Source of the DNA: Pristiophorus japonicus
Lineage: Eukaryota
Assembly: GCF_044704955.1 (NCBI RefSeq)
Contig: NC_091984.1
Span: 53,382,001 to 53,446,000, forward strand
Direction: 5' to 3'
DNA: 64,000 bases
The notes under the pieces are model-generated. The model saw only the letters and a program-made list of their open reading frames with translations. It ran no database searches and was not told the DNA's origin. Position 1 is the stretch's first letter; each line of letters starts with the position of its first letter. Shown in pieces: positions 23,070 to 35,742 of the stretch. Position numbers and translations under genes: made by a program.

Positions 23070-26000
23070 ATTTCATCCCACTTCCCGGTTCCTCTGGACA
23101 TCCCCATGATCACACCCATTTTCCCTTCCATTCCAAAGCCCCAAAACTGAAATGAGAGACAACAGCAAAGATTAAACATTCTAATCCAAATTTATATCGG
23201 AACAACAAACGCTTATACAATGTATTTACTAATCACCCTTGTGCATTTCCTTATCTCCTCTTTGCTTTAACTAATCTAATGCTCCTCCACAGTGTGTCCC
23301 CTGTGGTTGCAACACGACTGGTAGAAGGCTGCTGTGTGTCAGGGCCAGAGATTACAGATGGCCTTGCAGGACGTCTTCGACCAGCTCTGGGCCTGGAAGG
23401 CCCGGCTGTAGGCTGCACCACCTCCGATTGGGCAGCGGTAGTCTGGGCTGGCTGGATGGCGGCCAACGACTAGTGCAGTGGCGGAGTGGCAGTGGTGGGC
23501 TCAGAAACGCTGTCATTCTGACAGAGAACACCGGTGATCCAGTACCACTCCCCTGGGGCAGCACCTCAGCATCCCCACCAAACTGCTGGAGCACAGTTTG
23601 GTGGGCTACTGCGACACTGAGAGATCCCGGGTGGACTGTGGTGGACCCAGCAGCGATGGTAGCAGTCAGAGCATGCATGGCATCCAGCTGAGACTCATGA
23701 GAGCAGTCTGAGACTGGATGCCATCAGTCATTGACGACATGACGCCAGTCAGACCATGCGTGGCATCAAGCTGAGACTGCATGAGAGCAGTCTGAGTTTC
23801 GATGCCACCAACCATTGTCTGCATTACAGAGCTATGATGTTGAGTTGCTTCCACCTGTCATTGTCATCATCATCATCATCATCGGCAGTCCCTTGGAAAC
23901 GAGGAAGACTTGCTTCCGCTCTAAAAACGAGTCCTTAGGTGGCTGAACTGTCCAATACGAGAACCACAGTCCCTGTCACAGGTGGGACAGATAGTCGATG
24001 AGGGAAAGGGTGGGTGGGATTGGTTTGCTCCACGCACTTTCCGCTGCATGCACTTGATTTCTGCATGCTCTCGGCGATGAGACTCGAGGTGCTCAGCGCC
24101 CTCCCGGATGCATTTCCTCCACTTAGGGCGGTCTTTGGCCAGGGACTCCCAGGTGGGGATGTTGCACTTTATCAAGGAGGATTTGAGGGTGTCCTTGTAA
24201 CGTTTCCTTTGGCTCGTTTGCGTGAAGGAGTTCCGAGTGGAGCACTTACTTTGGGAGTATCGTGTCTGGAATGCGAACAATGTGGCCTGCCCAGCGGAAC
24301 TGATCAAGTATGGTCAGTACTTCAATGCTGGGGATGTTGGCCTGGTCGAGGGTGCTAATGTTGGTGCATCTGTCCTCCCAGGGGATTTGAAGGATCTTGC
24401 GGAGACATCGTTGGTATTTCTCCAGCAACTTGAGGTGCCTACTGTACATGGTCCATGTCTCTGAGCCATACAGGAGGGCGGGTATTACTACAGCCCTGTA
24501 GATTTGAGGGCCTGGTCATCAAACACTCTTTTCCTCAGGCGACCGAAGGCTGCACTGGCGCACTGGAGGCGGTGTTGAATCTCATCGTTAATGTCTGCTC
24601 TTCTTGATAAGAGGCTCCCAAGGTATGCGAAATGGTCCGCGTTGTCCAGGGCCGCGGCGTGGATCTTGATGACTGGAGGGGCAGTGTTGTGCTGCGGGGA
24701 CCGATTGGTGGAGGACCTTTGTCTTACGGATGTTTAGCGTAAGGCTCATTCTTTCGTATGCCTCAGTAAATACGTTGACTATGTCCTGGAGTTCAGCCTC
24801 TGTATGTGCGCAGACTCAGGCGTTGTCCACTTACAGTAGCTTAACAATCGAGGTTGGGGTGGTCTTCGGCCTGGCCTGGAGACGAAGAAGGTTGAACAGG
24901 ATCCCACTGGTTCTGTAGTTTAGTTCCACTTCAGCGGGGAGCTTGTTGACTGTGAGGTGGAGCATGGCAGCGAGGAAGATTGAGAAGAGGGTTGGAGCGA
25001 TGACGCAGCCCTGAATGACCCCGATCAGGACATGGATTGGGTCTGTAATGGATCCGTTGGTAAGGATCACGGCTTGCATGTCGTCGTGGAGCAGGCAGAG
25101 GATGTTGGCGAACTTTTGGGGGCATCCGTAACGGAGGAGGACGCTCCATAGACCCTCGCCTTTGACTATGTCAAAGGGCGAAGAAGGCCATGTATAAGGG
25201 CTGGTGCTGTTCCCTGCATTTTTCCTGCAGCTGTTGCGCTGAAAAAAATCATGTCCGTTGTGGCCCGTAGGGGATGAAATCCGTACTGTAACTCCGGGAG
25301 GAGCTCCTCGGCCACAGGGAGAAGACGGTTGAGGAGGACTCTAGCAACGACTTTCCCAGTGGCTGACAATAGGGAGATTCCTCTGTAGTTGTTGCAGTCG
25401 GACTTGTCCCCTTTTTAAAAGATGGTCACGATCACTACTTTCCTCCAGATGAGAGAGATGAGGTCATGTATTCACGCCAACAATGCCTCTCCACCATACT
25501 TCAGTGCCTCAGCGGGGGTTCCGTCCGCTCCAGTAGCCTTGTAGTTCTTAAGCTGTCTTATGGCTTTTTCTACCTTGTGTAGTGCTGGGATTTTACTGAG
25601 GTGGTGGCGGGTAGCATGCTACTGGGTAGAGTCGAGAACACTCGAGTCGAAGGCAGAGTCTCGATTGAGGAGATCTTCGAAGTGCTCCTTCCAGCGGGCC
25701 CTGACTGCCTCGGTGTCCTTGATGAGTGTTTCCCCGTTCTTGGCTAGCAGGGGCCTTGGGTGTTTGGACTGTAGGTGGCCTTGACTGCGATGAAGAATCG
25801 CATCATGGCTGTCGGCCAGCAGCTGCATCTCCTGTGCTTTCTCCATCCACCACCTGTGTAAAGTACTGCAGGGTCGAGGCACATACTGAAGTCAAGGTCA
25901 CTCAGGACCTGCACCTTTATTTCACAGCTCTGGAATGCCTCACTTGCCGTGTGGGACAGGAGAGCAGTGTCTCCTGCAAGTGCACCCCTGGTGGTAAAGT

Positions 26001-26114
26001 ATGCTTGTGGTTACAGGTCATATCTAGTTACAGTCATGTATAGCATGGTAAGATACAGTTATATACAGTAATGTGAGATACATGACATCACCCTCCCCCA
26101 AGGTCTTATTGCCT

Positions 26115-27802
26115 TTATAGATTCAGTCTCTCAGGTGGTCTACGCTCTCGCGTGGAGCGTGTTAGTTGTGATTCAGTTGTTTGCCTTGGTGCCTGTTTTT
26201 CTTTCGGTGTGATTGCTGGTATCTCGCCTGGGTTGTCTGTTTCGTTCAGTATGATTGCTGGTATCTCGCCTGGGCTGTCTGTTGAGATTGCCCTTTCTTC
26301 AGGTTGTTCCCTCTGTCTGTCCACCAGGTGTGGTGTGAGTTCCACATTGTCGTCTGCCTCTGGTTCTGCAGTGTTGTTGGTGAATCTACTTTTTACTTGG
26401 TCTACATGCCTCCGGCAGGTTTGGCCATTGTCCATTTGGACCCCTGCCATAGTTTAGCGCAAACACTTTGTCTCCTATCTCATTCCACCTCCCCCTCGAA
26501 TTTCGGTCATGGTACTCAGTTAGCTTCCAGCGCTTTGCCTCAACAATTTCATGCATGTCTGGGAGGATTAACGAGAGCCTAGTCTTTAAGGTCCGTTTCA
26601 TCAATAGTTGCGCGGGGGGAACCCCAGTCAACGAATGTGGACGAAATCTGTGTGCCAGCAGCAGTCGCGACAGGTGGCTCTGCAGCGTGGGACCTTGGAT
26701 TTTAAGCATGTTTAAGCTTGTTTAATGATTTGCACTGCTCGCTCCGCCTGGCCAATAGAGGCCGGCTTGAACGGTGCCGTCTTAACGTGATTTATGCCGT
26801 GATCAACTATAAAATCTTGGAATTCTGGGCTGGTGAAGCACGGACCATTATCACTGACCAATATGTCAGGAATTCCGTGCGTTGCAAAAATGGTTCTAAG
26901 TCTCTCCACAGTGGTGGAGGTGGTGCTCGAGTTTAAAATGGTGCATTCGATCCACTTTGAAAATGCATCGACGACTACGAGGAACATTTTGCCCATGAAT
27001 GGGCCCGCATAGTCCACGTGCACCCGCGACCACGGTTTGGTGGGCCAGGGGCTCAGGGGGGGCCTCCCTGGGGGCATTGCTGAGTTGGGCACAAATGGTG
27101 CACCGTCGGACGCAGAGCTCCAAGTCCGCGTCAATGCCAGGCCACCAGACGTGGGATCTGGCTATGGCCTTCATAAGAACGATCCCCGGGTGCTCGCGGT
27201 GGAGCTCCCGGACAAACTCCTCTCTGCCTCGCAAAGGCATGACTATTTGGCTGCCCCACATCAGGCAGTCTGCCTGTAGTGATAGTTCATGTATGTGCCT
27301 ATGGAAAGGTTTGATCTCCTTGGGGCAGGCATCGCAAGCCTCTGCCCAGTCACCAGTTAAAACACATCTTTTGACTAAGGATAACGTGGGTTCGCTGGTC
27401 GACCAGGCTCTGATTTGGCGAGCCTTCATGGGCGAATATGTGGACTCAAAGGCATTGATTGCCATGACCATCTCACACTCTTGTTCGTCGGACCCTTCCA
27501 TGGTCGCAAGGGATAGCCTGCTAAGCGCGTCCGCACAGTTGTCTGTGCCTTATTGTGCAGTCGTAAGACGCCAGCATGAGTGCCCACCGTTTAATGCGCG
27601 CCGAGGCGTTGGCGTTTATTGCCTTCGTGTCGGATAGCAGGGACGTGAGGGGTTTGTGGTCAGTTTCTAATGCGAACCTGGCTCCAAAAAGGTATTGGTG
27701 CATCTTTTTGACACCGTACACGCACACGAGCGTCTCCTTCCCCACCATACCGTACCTGCGCTCCACCCGCGAAAGTGACCTGGAGGCATAAGCAATGGGT
27801 TG
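26115..27802 (-). pseudogene. Gypsy RNase H and integrase, frameshifted
   Basis: ETDHKPL; ELHREHPG..ARSHVWWPGID..CTIC; PWSRVHVDYAGP, LVSDNGP.F, PFKPAS.GQAERAV. Confidence 0.92.
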
Positions 27803-30238
27803 TCATTTACCCGCACCATTGACATGCTGTAAAACGCACCCGCCCCCGTACGCTGACGCATCACATGTGAGAACTAGCTTTTTACCAGGGTCAAAAAAAG
27901 TCAAAACACTGTTGGAACATAGAAGGTTGCATGCCTTATTGAAGGCGCGTTCTTGGGCGTCCCCCCAAAACCAATCGCACCGCTTTCTGAGTAGCACATG
28001 GAGAGGCTCCAGCAGCGTGCTCAAGTTCTGCATAAAGTTCCCAAAGTAATTGAGTAGCCTGAGAAAGGCGCGCAGTTCCAAGACATTCCGGGGCCTGGGT
28101 GCCAGACGAATTGCTTCGGTTTTGGATTCTGTTGGGCGGATTCCATCAGCGGCAATCGTTCTGCCCAAAAATTCAACATCGGGCGCGAGAAACAGACACT
28201 TGGATTTCTTAACTCTTAGGCCTACCCGATCCAATCGCTTTAGTACTTCCTCCAAATTGCGGAGATGGGAGTCAGTGTCTCTGCCCCTGATGAGTATGTC
28301 ATCTTGAAACACAACCGTCCCCGGGATGGACTTGAGCAGACTCTCCATGTTGCGCTGGAATATAGCAGCTGCCGACCTGATGCCAAATGGGCATTGATTG
28401 TACATGAAAAGGTCTCGATGTGTGTTGATGGTGGTGAGTAGCTTAGACTCTTCGGTCAGTTCTTGTGTCATATACGCAGATGTGAGATCTAGTTTCGAGA
28501 AAAGATTTCCTCCAGCCAATGTGGCAAATAGGTCCTCCACTCTGGGGAGCGGGTATTGGTCCTGTAGGGAGACTCTGTTTATGGTAGATTTGTAATCCCC
28601 ACAGATTCGTACGGATCCATCAGGCTTCATGACTGGGACGATGGGACTTGCCCAGTCGCTAAATTCCACGGGTGAGATAATGCCTTCCCGCAGAAGCCAG
28701 TCCAGTTCATGTTCAATCTTTTCCCTCATCACATTAGACACAGCTCTAGCCTTGTGATGGACCAGTCTAGCATCCTGTGTGATGTAGATTATAACTTTAG
28801 CCTCTTTGAAGGTGCCCACACCTGGCTGAAAGAGATGTTCAAATCGACTTAGAACTGTTGAGCAGGAGGTCTGTTCCTCTGACGACATGGCGTGAACATC
28901 ATCCCATTTCCAATTTAGTTTTGCCAGCCAGCTTTTCCCCAACAGTGCTGGGAGATCTCCGGGGACAATCCACAGGGGAAGTCGGTTCACCGTCCCTTTG
29001 TGTATGACTGAGAGCATGGTGTTGCCAAGGATTGGGACGATTTCTTTGGTATAGGCCCTTAGTTTGGTGTCGACCCTTGTGAGTTTTGGTCTGTTGCTTT
29101 TGTGCGGCCACAGCTGTTTAAATTGTTGGACACTCATGAGAGATTGACTCGCTCTCGTGTCCAGTTTCATGTTGACGGGTATCCCGTTTTGTAGGACCCT
29201 CATCATTATTGGAGGCGTCTTGTTGTAAGAACAGTGGACATTGATCGTGTTGACCCGCTGTACATCGGTGTCCCGGGCACTGTCCCCACCGTCTCCTGGT
29301 CCGCTTTCCGACCCTTCCGATTTGTATACCAGCCGAGCTGCTGTTTTTCTGCACATGCGGGCCAGGTGCCCTGTATAGTTGCAGTTTCTGCAAACGGCAT
29401 AGTGAAATCGACACCCCCTTGTTAAGTGCCTTCCCCCATATCTCCAGCACAGACCGCTTCCATTGTTTCCGAAGGATGAGCTGCGTCTGGCTGATCTCTC
29501 TTGTGCTTCTCTCAGTTTGTAGTTAATTGCTAGCATTGTGGGTTGATGAGGTGTGAACGGCCATTCATGTGGCCCTTGATGGCTTCTGGCGCCACTGCCT
29601 GCTGTTGAAGGCCTGCTCTCCTGCCTTTGTCTGTGTGTGGGGGTAGCGGCATGTTTCACGATGTGAACCTCTTGTTCCGATGTTTCGTTAGTTGTCGTAC
29701 CCGCAGTATAGATCAACCTCGTTTCTTCTTCTCCTGCCAAGAATGTCTGTGCGACCAATGCTGCTGCCTCTAGGGTCAAGTTCTTGGTCTCTATGAGCTT
29801 TCGGAATATGCCTGCGTGGCCTATTCCTTCAATAAAAAAGTCTCTCAGTACTTCTCTCCTTAGTTCATCGGAGAACTCACATAAACTAGCCAGCCTCCGA
29901 AGTTCCGCCACAAAGTCGGGTATGCTCTCGCCCACACAGCATTTGCAGTTGTAGAACCTGTGTCTGGCCATGTGTAGGCTGCTCGCTGGCTTCAGGTGGT
30001 CTCTTATCAGTGTGCTCAACTCTTCAAACGACTTGCTTGCTGGTTTCTCGGGTGCCAGCAGGTCCTTCATTAAGGCGTATGTTTTCGAGCCACAGCTCGT
30101 CAAGAGATGGACTCTTCTCTTGTCTGCCTTATCGTCGCCCAACCAGTCTTTGGTTACAAAGCTTTGCTGGATCCTTTCTATAAAGTCCTCCCAATTATCT
30201 CCAGCATTGTAATTTTCATCTGAGCCGTTGGTAGCCAT
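27803..30238 (-). CDS. Gypsy Gag-Pol (Gag, two CCHC knuckles, protease, RT, start of RNase H), 811 aa
   Basis: CRNCNYTGHLARMC; KLDTRAS; WASPIVPV, RICGDYK, FSKLDL, PFG, VFQDDIL; LTCDASAYG. Confidence 0.9.
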   Translation of the reverse strand: MATNGSDENYNAGDNWEDFIERIQQSFVTKDWLGDDKADKRRVHLLTSCGSKTYALMKDLLAPEKPASKSFEELSTLIRDHLKPASSLHMARHRFYNCKCCVGESIPDFVAELRRLASLCEFSDELRREVLRDFFIEGIGHAGIFRKLIETKNLTLEAAALVAQTFLAGEEETRLIYTAGTTTNETSEQEVHIVKHAATPTHRQRQESRPSTAGSGARSHQGPHEWPFTPHQPTMLAINYKLREAQERSARRSSSFGNNGSGLCWRYGGRHLTRGCRFHYAVCRNCNYTGHLARMCRKTAARLVYKSEGSESGPGDGGDSARDTDVQRVNTINVHCSYNKTPPIMMRVLQNGIPVNMKLDTRASQSLMSVQQFKQLWPHKSNRPKLTRVDTKLRAYTKEIVPILGNTMLSVIHKGTVNRLPLWIVPGDLPALLGKSWLAKLNWKWDDVHAMSSEEQTSCSTVLSRFEHLFQPGVGTFKEAKVIIYITQDARLVHHKARAVSNVMREKIEHELDWLLREGIISPVEFSDWASPIVPVMKPDGSVRICGDYKSTINRVSLQDQYPLPRVEDLFATLAGGNLFSKLDLTSAYMTQELTEESKLLTTINTHRDLFMYNQCPFGIRSAAAIFQRNMESLLKSIPGTVVFQDDILIRGRDTDSHLRNLEEVLKRLDRVGLRVKKSKCLFLAPDVEFLGRTIAADGIRPTESKTEAIRLAPRPRNVLELRAFLRLLNYFGNFMQNLSTLLEPLHVLLRKRCDWFWGDAQERAFNKACNLLCSNSVLTFFDPGKKLVLTCDASAYGGGCVLQHVNGAGK

Positions 30239-32747
30239 TCTGTGGATTCTGTGATCCCGTAACTCATCGGCACTGTAAAGTCCTGACCCTGCAGTACAGA
30301 CTTACACGAGGCACATGCTGAATTCAAGGTCACTCAGGACCTGCACCTTTATTTCACAGCTCTGGAATGCCTCACTTGCCTGAGACCTGCCTTTATATAC
30401 CTGTGTGGGATAGGTTTGCAGTGTCTCCTGCAAGTGCATCCCTGGTGGTAAAGTATGCTTGTGGTTACAGATCATATCTAGTTACAGTCATGTATAGCAT
30501 GGTAAGATACAGTTATATACAGTGGTGTGAGATACATGACAACCTGTTCTTTAGGTCTCGAGTTTTTTTGTTGGACCTCGGCTTTAAGTCGTCTATAATG
30601 CTGTTTTGCTGTTCCCGAGTTGGGTTGTTGTTTAAGGCTCAGAAATGCCCTGCCCTTGCGATCAATTAGCTCTTGCATTTCCTGGTCATTCTCATCAAAC
30701 CAGTCCTGGTGTTTCCCGGTTGAGTGACCGAGTGTCTCTTCGCAGGCACTGGTTATGGAGGCCTGGAGGGCAGACCAAGCGCTGTGGTCATTCTGCGTCT
30801 CAGGGTCATCAAGGCGCGTCAGGTTAGCTGTGAGGCGCTGACTGTAAAGGGCTCTCTTAGCTGCGTCTTTGAGTGTCCCGTCATTGACTTTTTTGCGGCA
30901 CTGCTTCTGCTGCAATTGAAGCTGCCACGTCGCTCATGACACGCATCATGAGGTCTGGATCCACTCCGTCACTCTGGGATTCCAACATCATCTGCAGACT
31001 GACAATGATGGGCTCCATAACGTGCTCAGAGCTCTCAGCAATGCTGGAGGCGGTCTCCTCCATGCTCCATACCACTGCTGAGAGGCTCTCGGGCACACTT
31101 GCCGTTGCACCTATGATGTCAGAGTGCATGGCCAGCACCCTTTCTGTGAATTCCTCCCCATTGAGGTCATCATCTGAGTTCTGTGGAGCAGAACTCACGC
31201 GCGAACTCGCCTTCCGGGGAGATTGTTCCCGAGCTTCCCTTTCCCCTTGGCCTTGCTGCAGCCCGCTAGGCCCCAGTGCATCATCCAGTGCAGACCCCTC
31301 TACTAGCCTAATCTCTAAGGAACGCATAGTGCTAGTATCTGAGCAGCTACCTGCGGGTGAGAGAAGCAATGTCGAAGTGCTCTGCTCCGCCTCCTGCTCT
31401 TCCACCTCTTCCTCTCCCTCCACAATGTCTTGCGGGGGGCGGGTGGTAGGGAGTTGGCTGAGGTGCAGGATGCAGTTTCTGCCTGGTTATCTGAAAGCAT
31501 AAATGGCACATGACATGCATTAAGGTGAGGGCAGTGGGGCAGGAATGGAGCAAAGAATGCAGACAGTATCCAGAGCTAGAAAGTGATAAAGCATTTTGGT
31601 GTAGGGGGAGGGAGTGGTATGAGAAAAGGAGAGAGGATTGGAAAGTGAGAAAGCATTCTGGCGTGGCGTGGGGGAAGTAGTATGAAAGAAGGAGAGGGGA
31701 TAAAGATACCGTTTTGCCCCCAGCGGGGTCGATGTCTCCCCCGGCCATGGTGCCCACCACCTGCGGGCCATTGAGCCCCAGCACTCACTCACTCAAGGTC
31801 AGAGAGGGGCCGCAGTTCAGGTTCCCCTCCTCCAGTCCTCTGCTGCTCCTGTCGGTTATGTACCATCTTGGCCTGCAAAAGAAAGGAACTCGTGTGAGTA
31901 AGAGTCCAGCTTTGTACGTGGAAGATATGCCTGCCGTAGTTGAATAGCTGTGAATGTAGGCAAGGCATGAGATGAGGATGTGAGTGAGAGTATCTGCAGA
32001 TGCTTGGTGGTTAAGTGGTGTGGAAGTGGTAGTTTGCACAGTGTGTGCAGACAGAGGGTGAGAGGCTGGTATGGAGGAAGTTTGGAAGCTTATACTCACC
32101 TTCACCATCTGTAATAGATCGTTGAATTTTTTGTGGCACTGGTGAGGCTTCTCTGCACCACAGTGCTGGCCGACACCTCCAGGGCCACCTCTTGCCACAT
32201 GGCACAGAAAGCCTGTGATGATGGCTTCCTTCCCGATGCAGGGAACAGCGACTCTCCTGGTCTTGAATGCCCCTACAGCCACATTGTTGAATCTTTTGGC
32301 CTCTCTCTTGAAGGGGGATTTCCAGCAGCCATTTCACTAGCTTCCTCAGCTCCAGAGATGTGACTGACTTCAGTAATGCTGAAAGTGAGCAGCAGCAGGT
32401 TAAAATGACCTCCCCTTTAAGAGCCAGATGGAGCTGGAGTCAAGGACTGAAGGCTGATTGCTGAATGGTACTCGGGTGAAATTGGGTAAGTGGCTGTGAA
32501 GAGCGCCCCTGCAATGCCCAGCTGAGGCCATTCGCACCTCAATTACCACACCCCTTCAATCCTGGGGTAAAAGCGCCTAATTTGCCAAAATTTGACAAGG
32601 TATCTTGCCAGGCACTAAATTTTCTCAGTGAAAAGTTACCGCCCCAAACGGGGTACTACCGAATTTTGCCCCCTTGCTATTTTACGCTGCATAGTAGAGG
32701 GTGTCATGTATCCTGTATGGGTACTGCTTGTGCTGTTACAAGGTGTG

Positions 32748-32761
32748 CCACCAGAGGGCAC
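32748..32761 (+). promoter_or_regulatory. CTCF core motif in 5' LTR (identical copy at 35807-35820)
   Basis: CCACCAGAGGGCAC fits consensus CCASYAGRKGGCRS; binding not demonstrated. Confidence 0.55.
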
Positions 32762-32961
32762 CGCAGTGGGAGACTTGTAGGTTATCTGTACAGGTGTGCC
32801 AGGCCTAAAAGGCAGGCCACCAGGTGTGATCCTCACTCTGGAGTTATCAATAAAGGACTAAGGTCACTACAGTTCAAGTCAACACATTACCTCATGGAAT
32901 CATTATCAGAGCATCTAAAGACATAACAATTGGCGACGAGATTTCGGACCTTCACGCGAAA

Positions 32962-35742
32962 ATGGCTACCCTTGGTACGTTGCAGCAGTTCGCCGATGGT
33001 AATGATTGGGACGCCTTTGTGGAAAGGCTTGACCATTTCTTCACAGCAAACGACCTGGCAGGCAACAGTCTGGCCACACTGGCTGATAAGTGTAGAGCTA
33101 TCCTGCTAACCAGTTGTGGGCCCACTGCCTATGCCCTCAGCAGGGACTTGCTGGCACCAGCGAAGACGTACGAGGAGCTTGTAACACTGATCCAAGAACA
33201 ACTCAAGCCCAAAGAGAGCATCCTCACAGCCAGACGGCGGTTTTATACCCACCGAAGGCCAGGAAATCGCGAAATATGCTGCAGACCTCAGGAGGCTGGC
33301 AGCACCGTGTGATTTCGGCAACCACCTCACCGAAGCGCTGCGGGACATCTTTGTCATTGGAATCGGCCATGAGGGCCTTCTTCATAAGCTACTGTCTGTG
33401 GACACCACAGTCACACTGCAGAAGGCCATCTCCGTGAGCCAGACATTCATGGCCTCAACCTGCAGCTCTAGGCAGATGACTCATCCTCAGGACTCAAACT
33501 CGGCAAGTACTGAGCACAGAGTGGCTTCTTTTAGAAGCTGGACTGCAGAACGTGAACCTTCTCTGGGAAGAGAGATCAGGCCCCCGAGTCCCTTAACTCA
33601 GAGTCTGCCGAGGGGGGCTAACTGAATAGAACCATGCTGGCGTTGCGGAGGGAATCACAGGGCTCACCAGTGCCACTTTAAAGACTATATGTGTAAAGGC
33701 TGCAGCACAAAGAGCCACCTCCAGCGAATGTGTAAAAGAAATATGACTCACTGTGTTGATGAAGAGTCTGCAAATGACCATGAATCCAGCGCAGATTATG
33801 AAACGATAGGCAGAGAGGCAGCTCAGCCCCACGATGAGGTATATGGCATGTTTACCTGCATCACCAAGTGTTCCCCGTTGAGGATGGAAGTTGAGATAAA
33901 TGGTGTTCCAGTCTTCATGGAAGTGGACACGGGGGCGAGCCAGTCAGTAATGAATCAAGAAGCCTTTGAGAGGCTATGGGACAATCAAGCTGAATGACCC
34001 AAGTTGGTCCCGGTCCAGGCAAAGCTGCGCACCTACACCAATGAACGTATCCCAGTCGTCGGTAGTGCGGATGTAAAGGTACTCCATGATGGCGCAGTGC
34101 ACAAGTTACCTCTGGATTGTTGCAGATGATGGACCAACGCTACTTGGACGAACGTGGATGGAAAAGATCCATTGGAGCTGGGAAGATTTCATCCCTCCAG
34201 CGATCGACGTCCCCCACGCTCAGAGACAAAGCAAGCCTTCACCTGAGGTTGGATCCGGCACCAGAGAGCAGACCAGCACAGCACCCGAGGCACTGATCGG
34301 CCAGCACGACTGTGTGGAGAGAATCCAGCGGAGACGACCCGAATGCACCTTCCAGGCTCCAGTGGCAGGACTCCGGAGGAAGAAAATCGGACCCAGAGGT
34401 GACTTCCCAGCTTCGGTGGAGGAACCCGGGGAGAAGAGGATCACCACGGTCGACATCGTGGAGGGAGGAAAGATGTTGCCCAAAACATGAGGTGAGGCGC
34501 TGAGGAAAAAGACCACGAGCTGATGGAGCAACACGTGGCAACAAACGGAGAAGAGGATTGGGGTAAAGTTAGCAAGGCTCTCTTAAAGGAGGTCTGCAAC
34601 TCACCACACTTAAAGGGACAGTTCCACACTCTCAATCAATGTAAGAGCAATTGTGAATTAGATGTAAAATGTGTAATTGATGATCAGAGTTGTGTACATG
34701 CAATAAGCAAAGAAAAGTCGGGCGATCGGAGTTACAAGTTATTTACTATGAGTAATGAAACGTTTCGCGATGTAGGATTTCAACTGCATACAGTCAATGC
34801 AGTGGGCAGACACCCATCGGGAGCACACAGGTCCAGCGAGCTACCCAATGTAGTAGCCTGCGTCCCTGGGATCAGAGTTATGCACCATGGAGTGTGGCCA
34901 CAAGCAACCAATACACACGAGCTGCAGAGCAAGCGATCTCAGGAGGGCAACGGCATCGGTATCGATACCCTGCTCCTGATCGGCTCCACCTCTTAGGCAC
35001 CCGATGGCACCAACAGCCACGAGCCTCAAAGGGCAAACCGCGCTAAGGCGCAGCCCCCAGATCCTATCGCCACCAAGGCTACATTCGGAAATGAAGGGTC
35101 ACCTGCAACGGTTCTCCCAAACGGGACCGGGACCAGCCAGGATCCCAAACCAAATAATGCACAGGCAAGCGAGTCAGCAGTTCCCTGTGCACCGACAGAC
35201 GACTGCTCCTCAGGGAGCAGTAGCGACCCGGGGCACAAGGAAAGGACAGGGAGGTCACAGGCATCACAGACGCTAGAAGCAACAGCAAAGGCCCTGAGAG
35301 CAGGCAACTTGAGCCAACCGGGTTCCCACTGCCAGCACTGGGCACCGCGCCACCCCCAGACTACCTGGACACCATCCAGCAGTTCTGGAACTAGTTTTTC
35401 CTCACGCACCGGTGCTGACACCAGCGCTGATTCCAAATACGTATCAAGTAGGTACCTCACCAGTCAAATGTACTTGCCTCACAACTGTACCACAAATGTA
35501 ATGATGCAAATGCAATTTTTTTTTTCTGGACTTGAATGTATATTAATGTAATGAGCCACCGGCATAATCTATTGGTGTGGGGGGAGAATGGAGTGGTCAT
35601 GGTCACACAAACAGAAACCACCAGCACCTCTACTGCCAACGAAACACCACCTACTCACCCAAGATGGAAACGACCCTCCAAAGGTCAACCAGACAGAGCT
35701 AAGCCCAGAACACAGTCAAAGCATGAAGGCGATTTGCACTAA
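32962..35742 (+). pseudogene. Gag-protease fused to ~500 codons of unassigned sequence, disrupted
   Basis: MATLG..DWDAFVERLDHFF..AILLTSCG; CWRCGGNH..C and CKGCSTKSHLQRMC; MEVDTGAS; LLGRTW; downstream ORFs 34086-34490, 34523-34996, 35309-35551, 35536-35742. Confidence 0.75.

Larger units (their letters stand above)
25857..30541 (-). mobile_element. Complete Ty3/Gypsy LTR retrotransposon (Mag-like), defective
   Basis: 5-bp TSD ACCTG (25852-56, 30542-46); LTRs 30274-30541 and 25857-26087 with TG..CA ends; decayed PBS TGCCGATGAG; PPT TTGGGGGAGGGTGA; domain order gag-PR-RT-RH-IN. Confidence 0.96.
23864..30912 (-). mobile_element. RTE-clade LINE, 5'-truncated, interrupted by Gypsy (RTE parts 23864-25856 and 30542-30912)
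   Basis: HQDWFDENDQE, RWKEHFEDLLN, GKVVARVLLNRL..LPELQYGF, QGCVIAPTLF, RWAGHIVR, KRYKDTLK, C-terminal CPTCDRDCGSRIG..SHLRT, (TGA)n tail. Confidence 0.93.
23251..32332 (-). pseudogene. Harbinger Myb/SANT gene, spliced, interrupted by RTE+Gypsy between 23864 and 30912
   Basis: ATG ~32332; ..MWQEVALEVSAS..QCHKKFNDLLQMVK|GTGAGT; exon 2 AKMVHNRQEQQRTGGGEP; acidic exon 3 (ORF 30881-31423) continuing across the insertion into 23854-23251. Confidence 0.85.
20231..32673. mobile_element. Decayed autonomous-type Harbinger transposon (transposase on +, Myb gene on -), split by nested insertions
   Basis: Ends GGGGCACAAAAT and GAATTTTGCCCCC (imperfect). Shared subterminal TTACCRCCCC motifs; two convergent genes. 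TSD not preserved. Confidence 0.75.
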
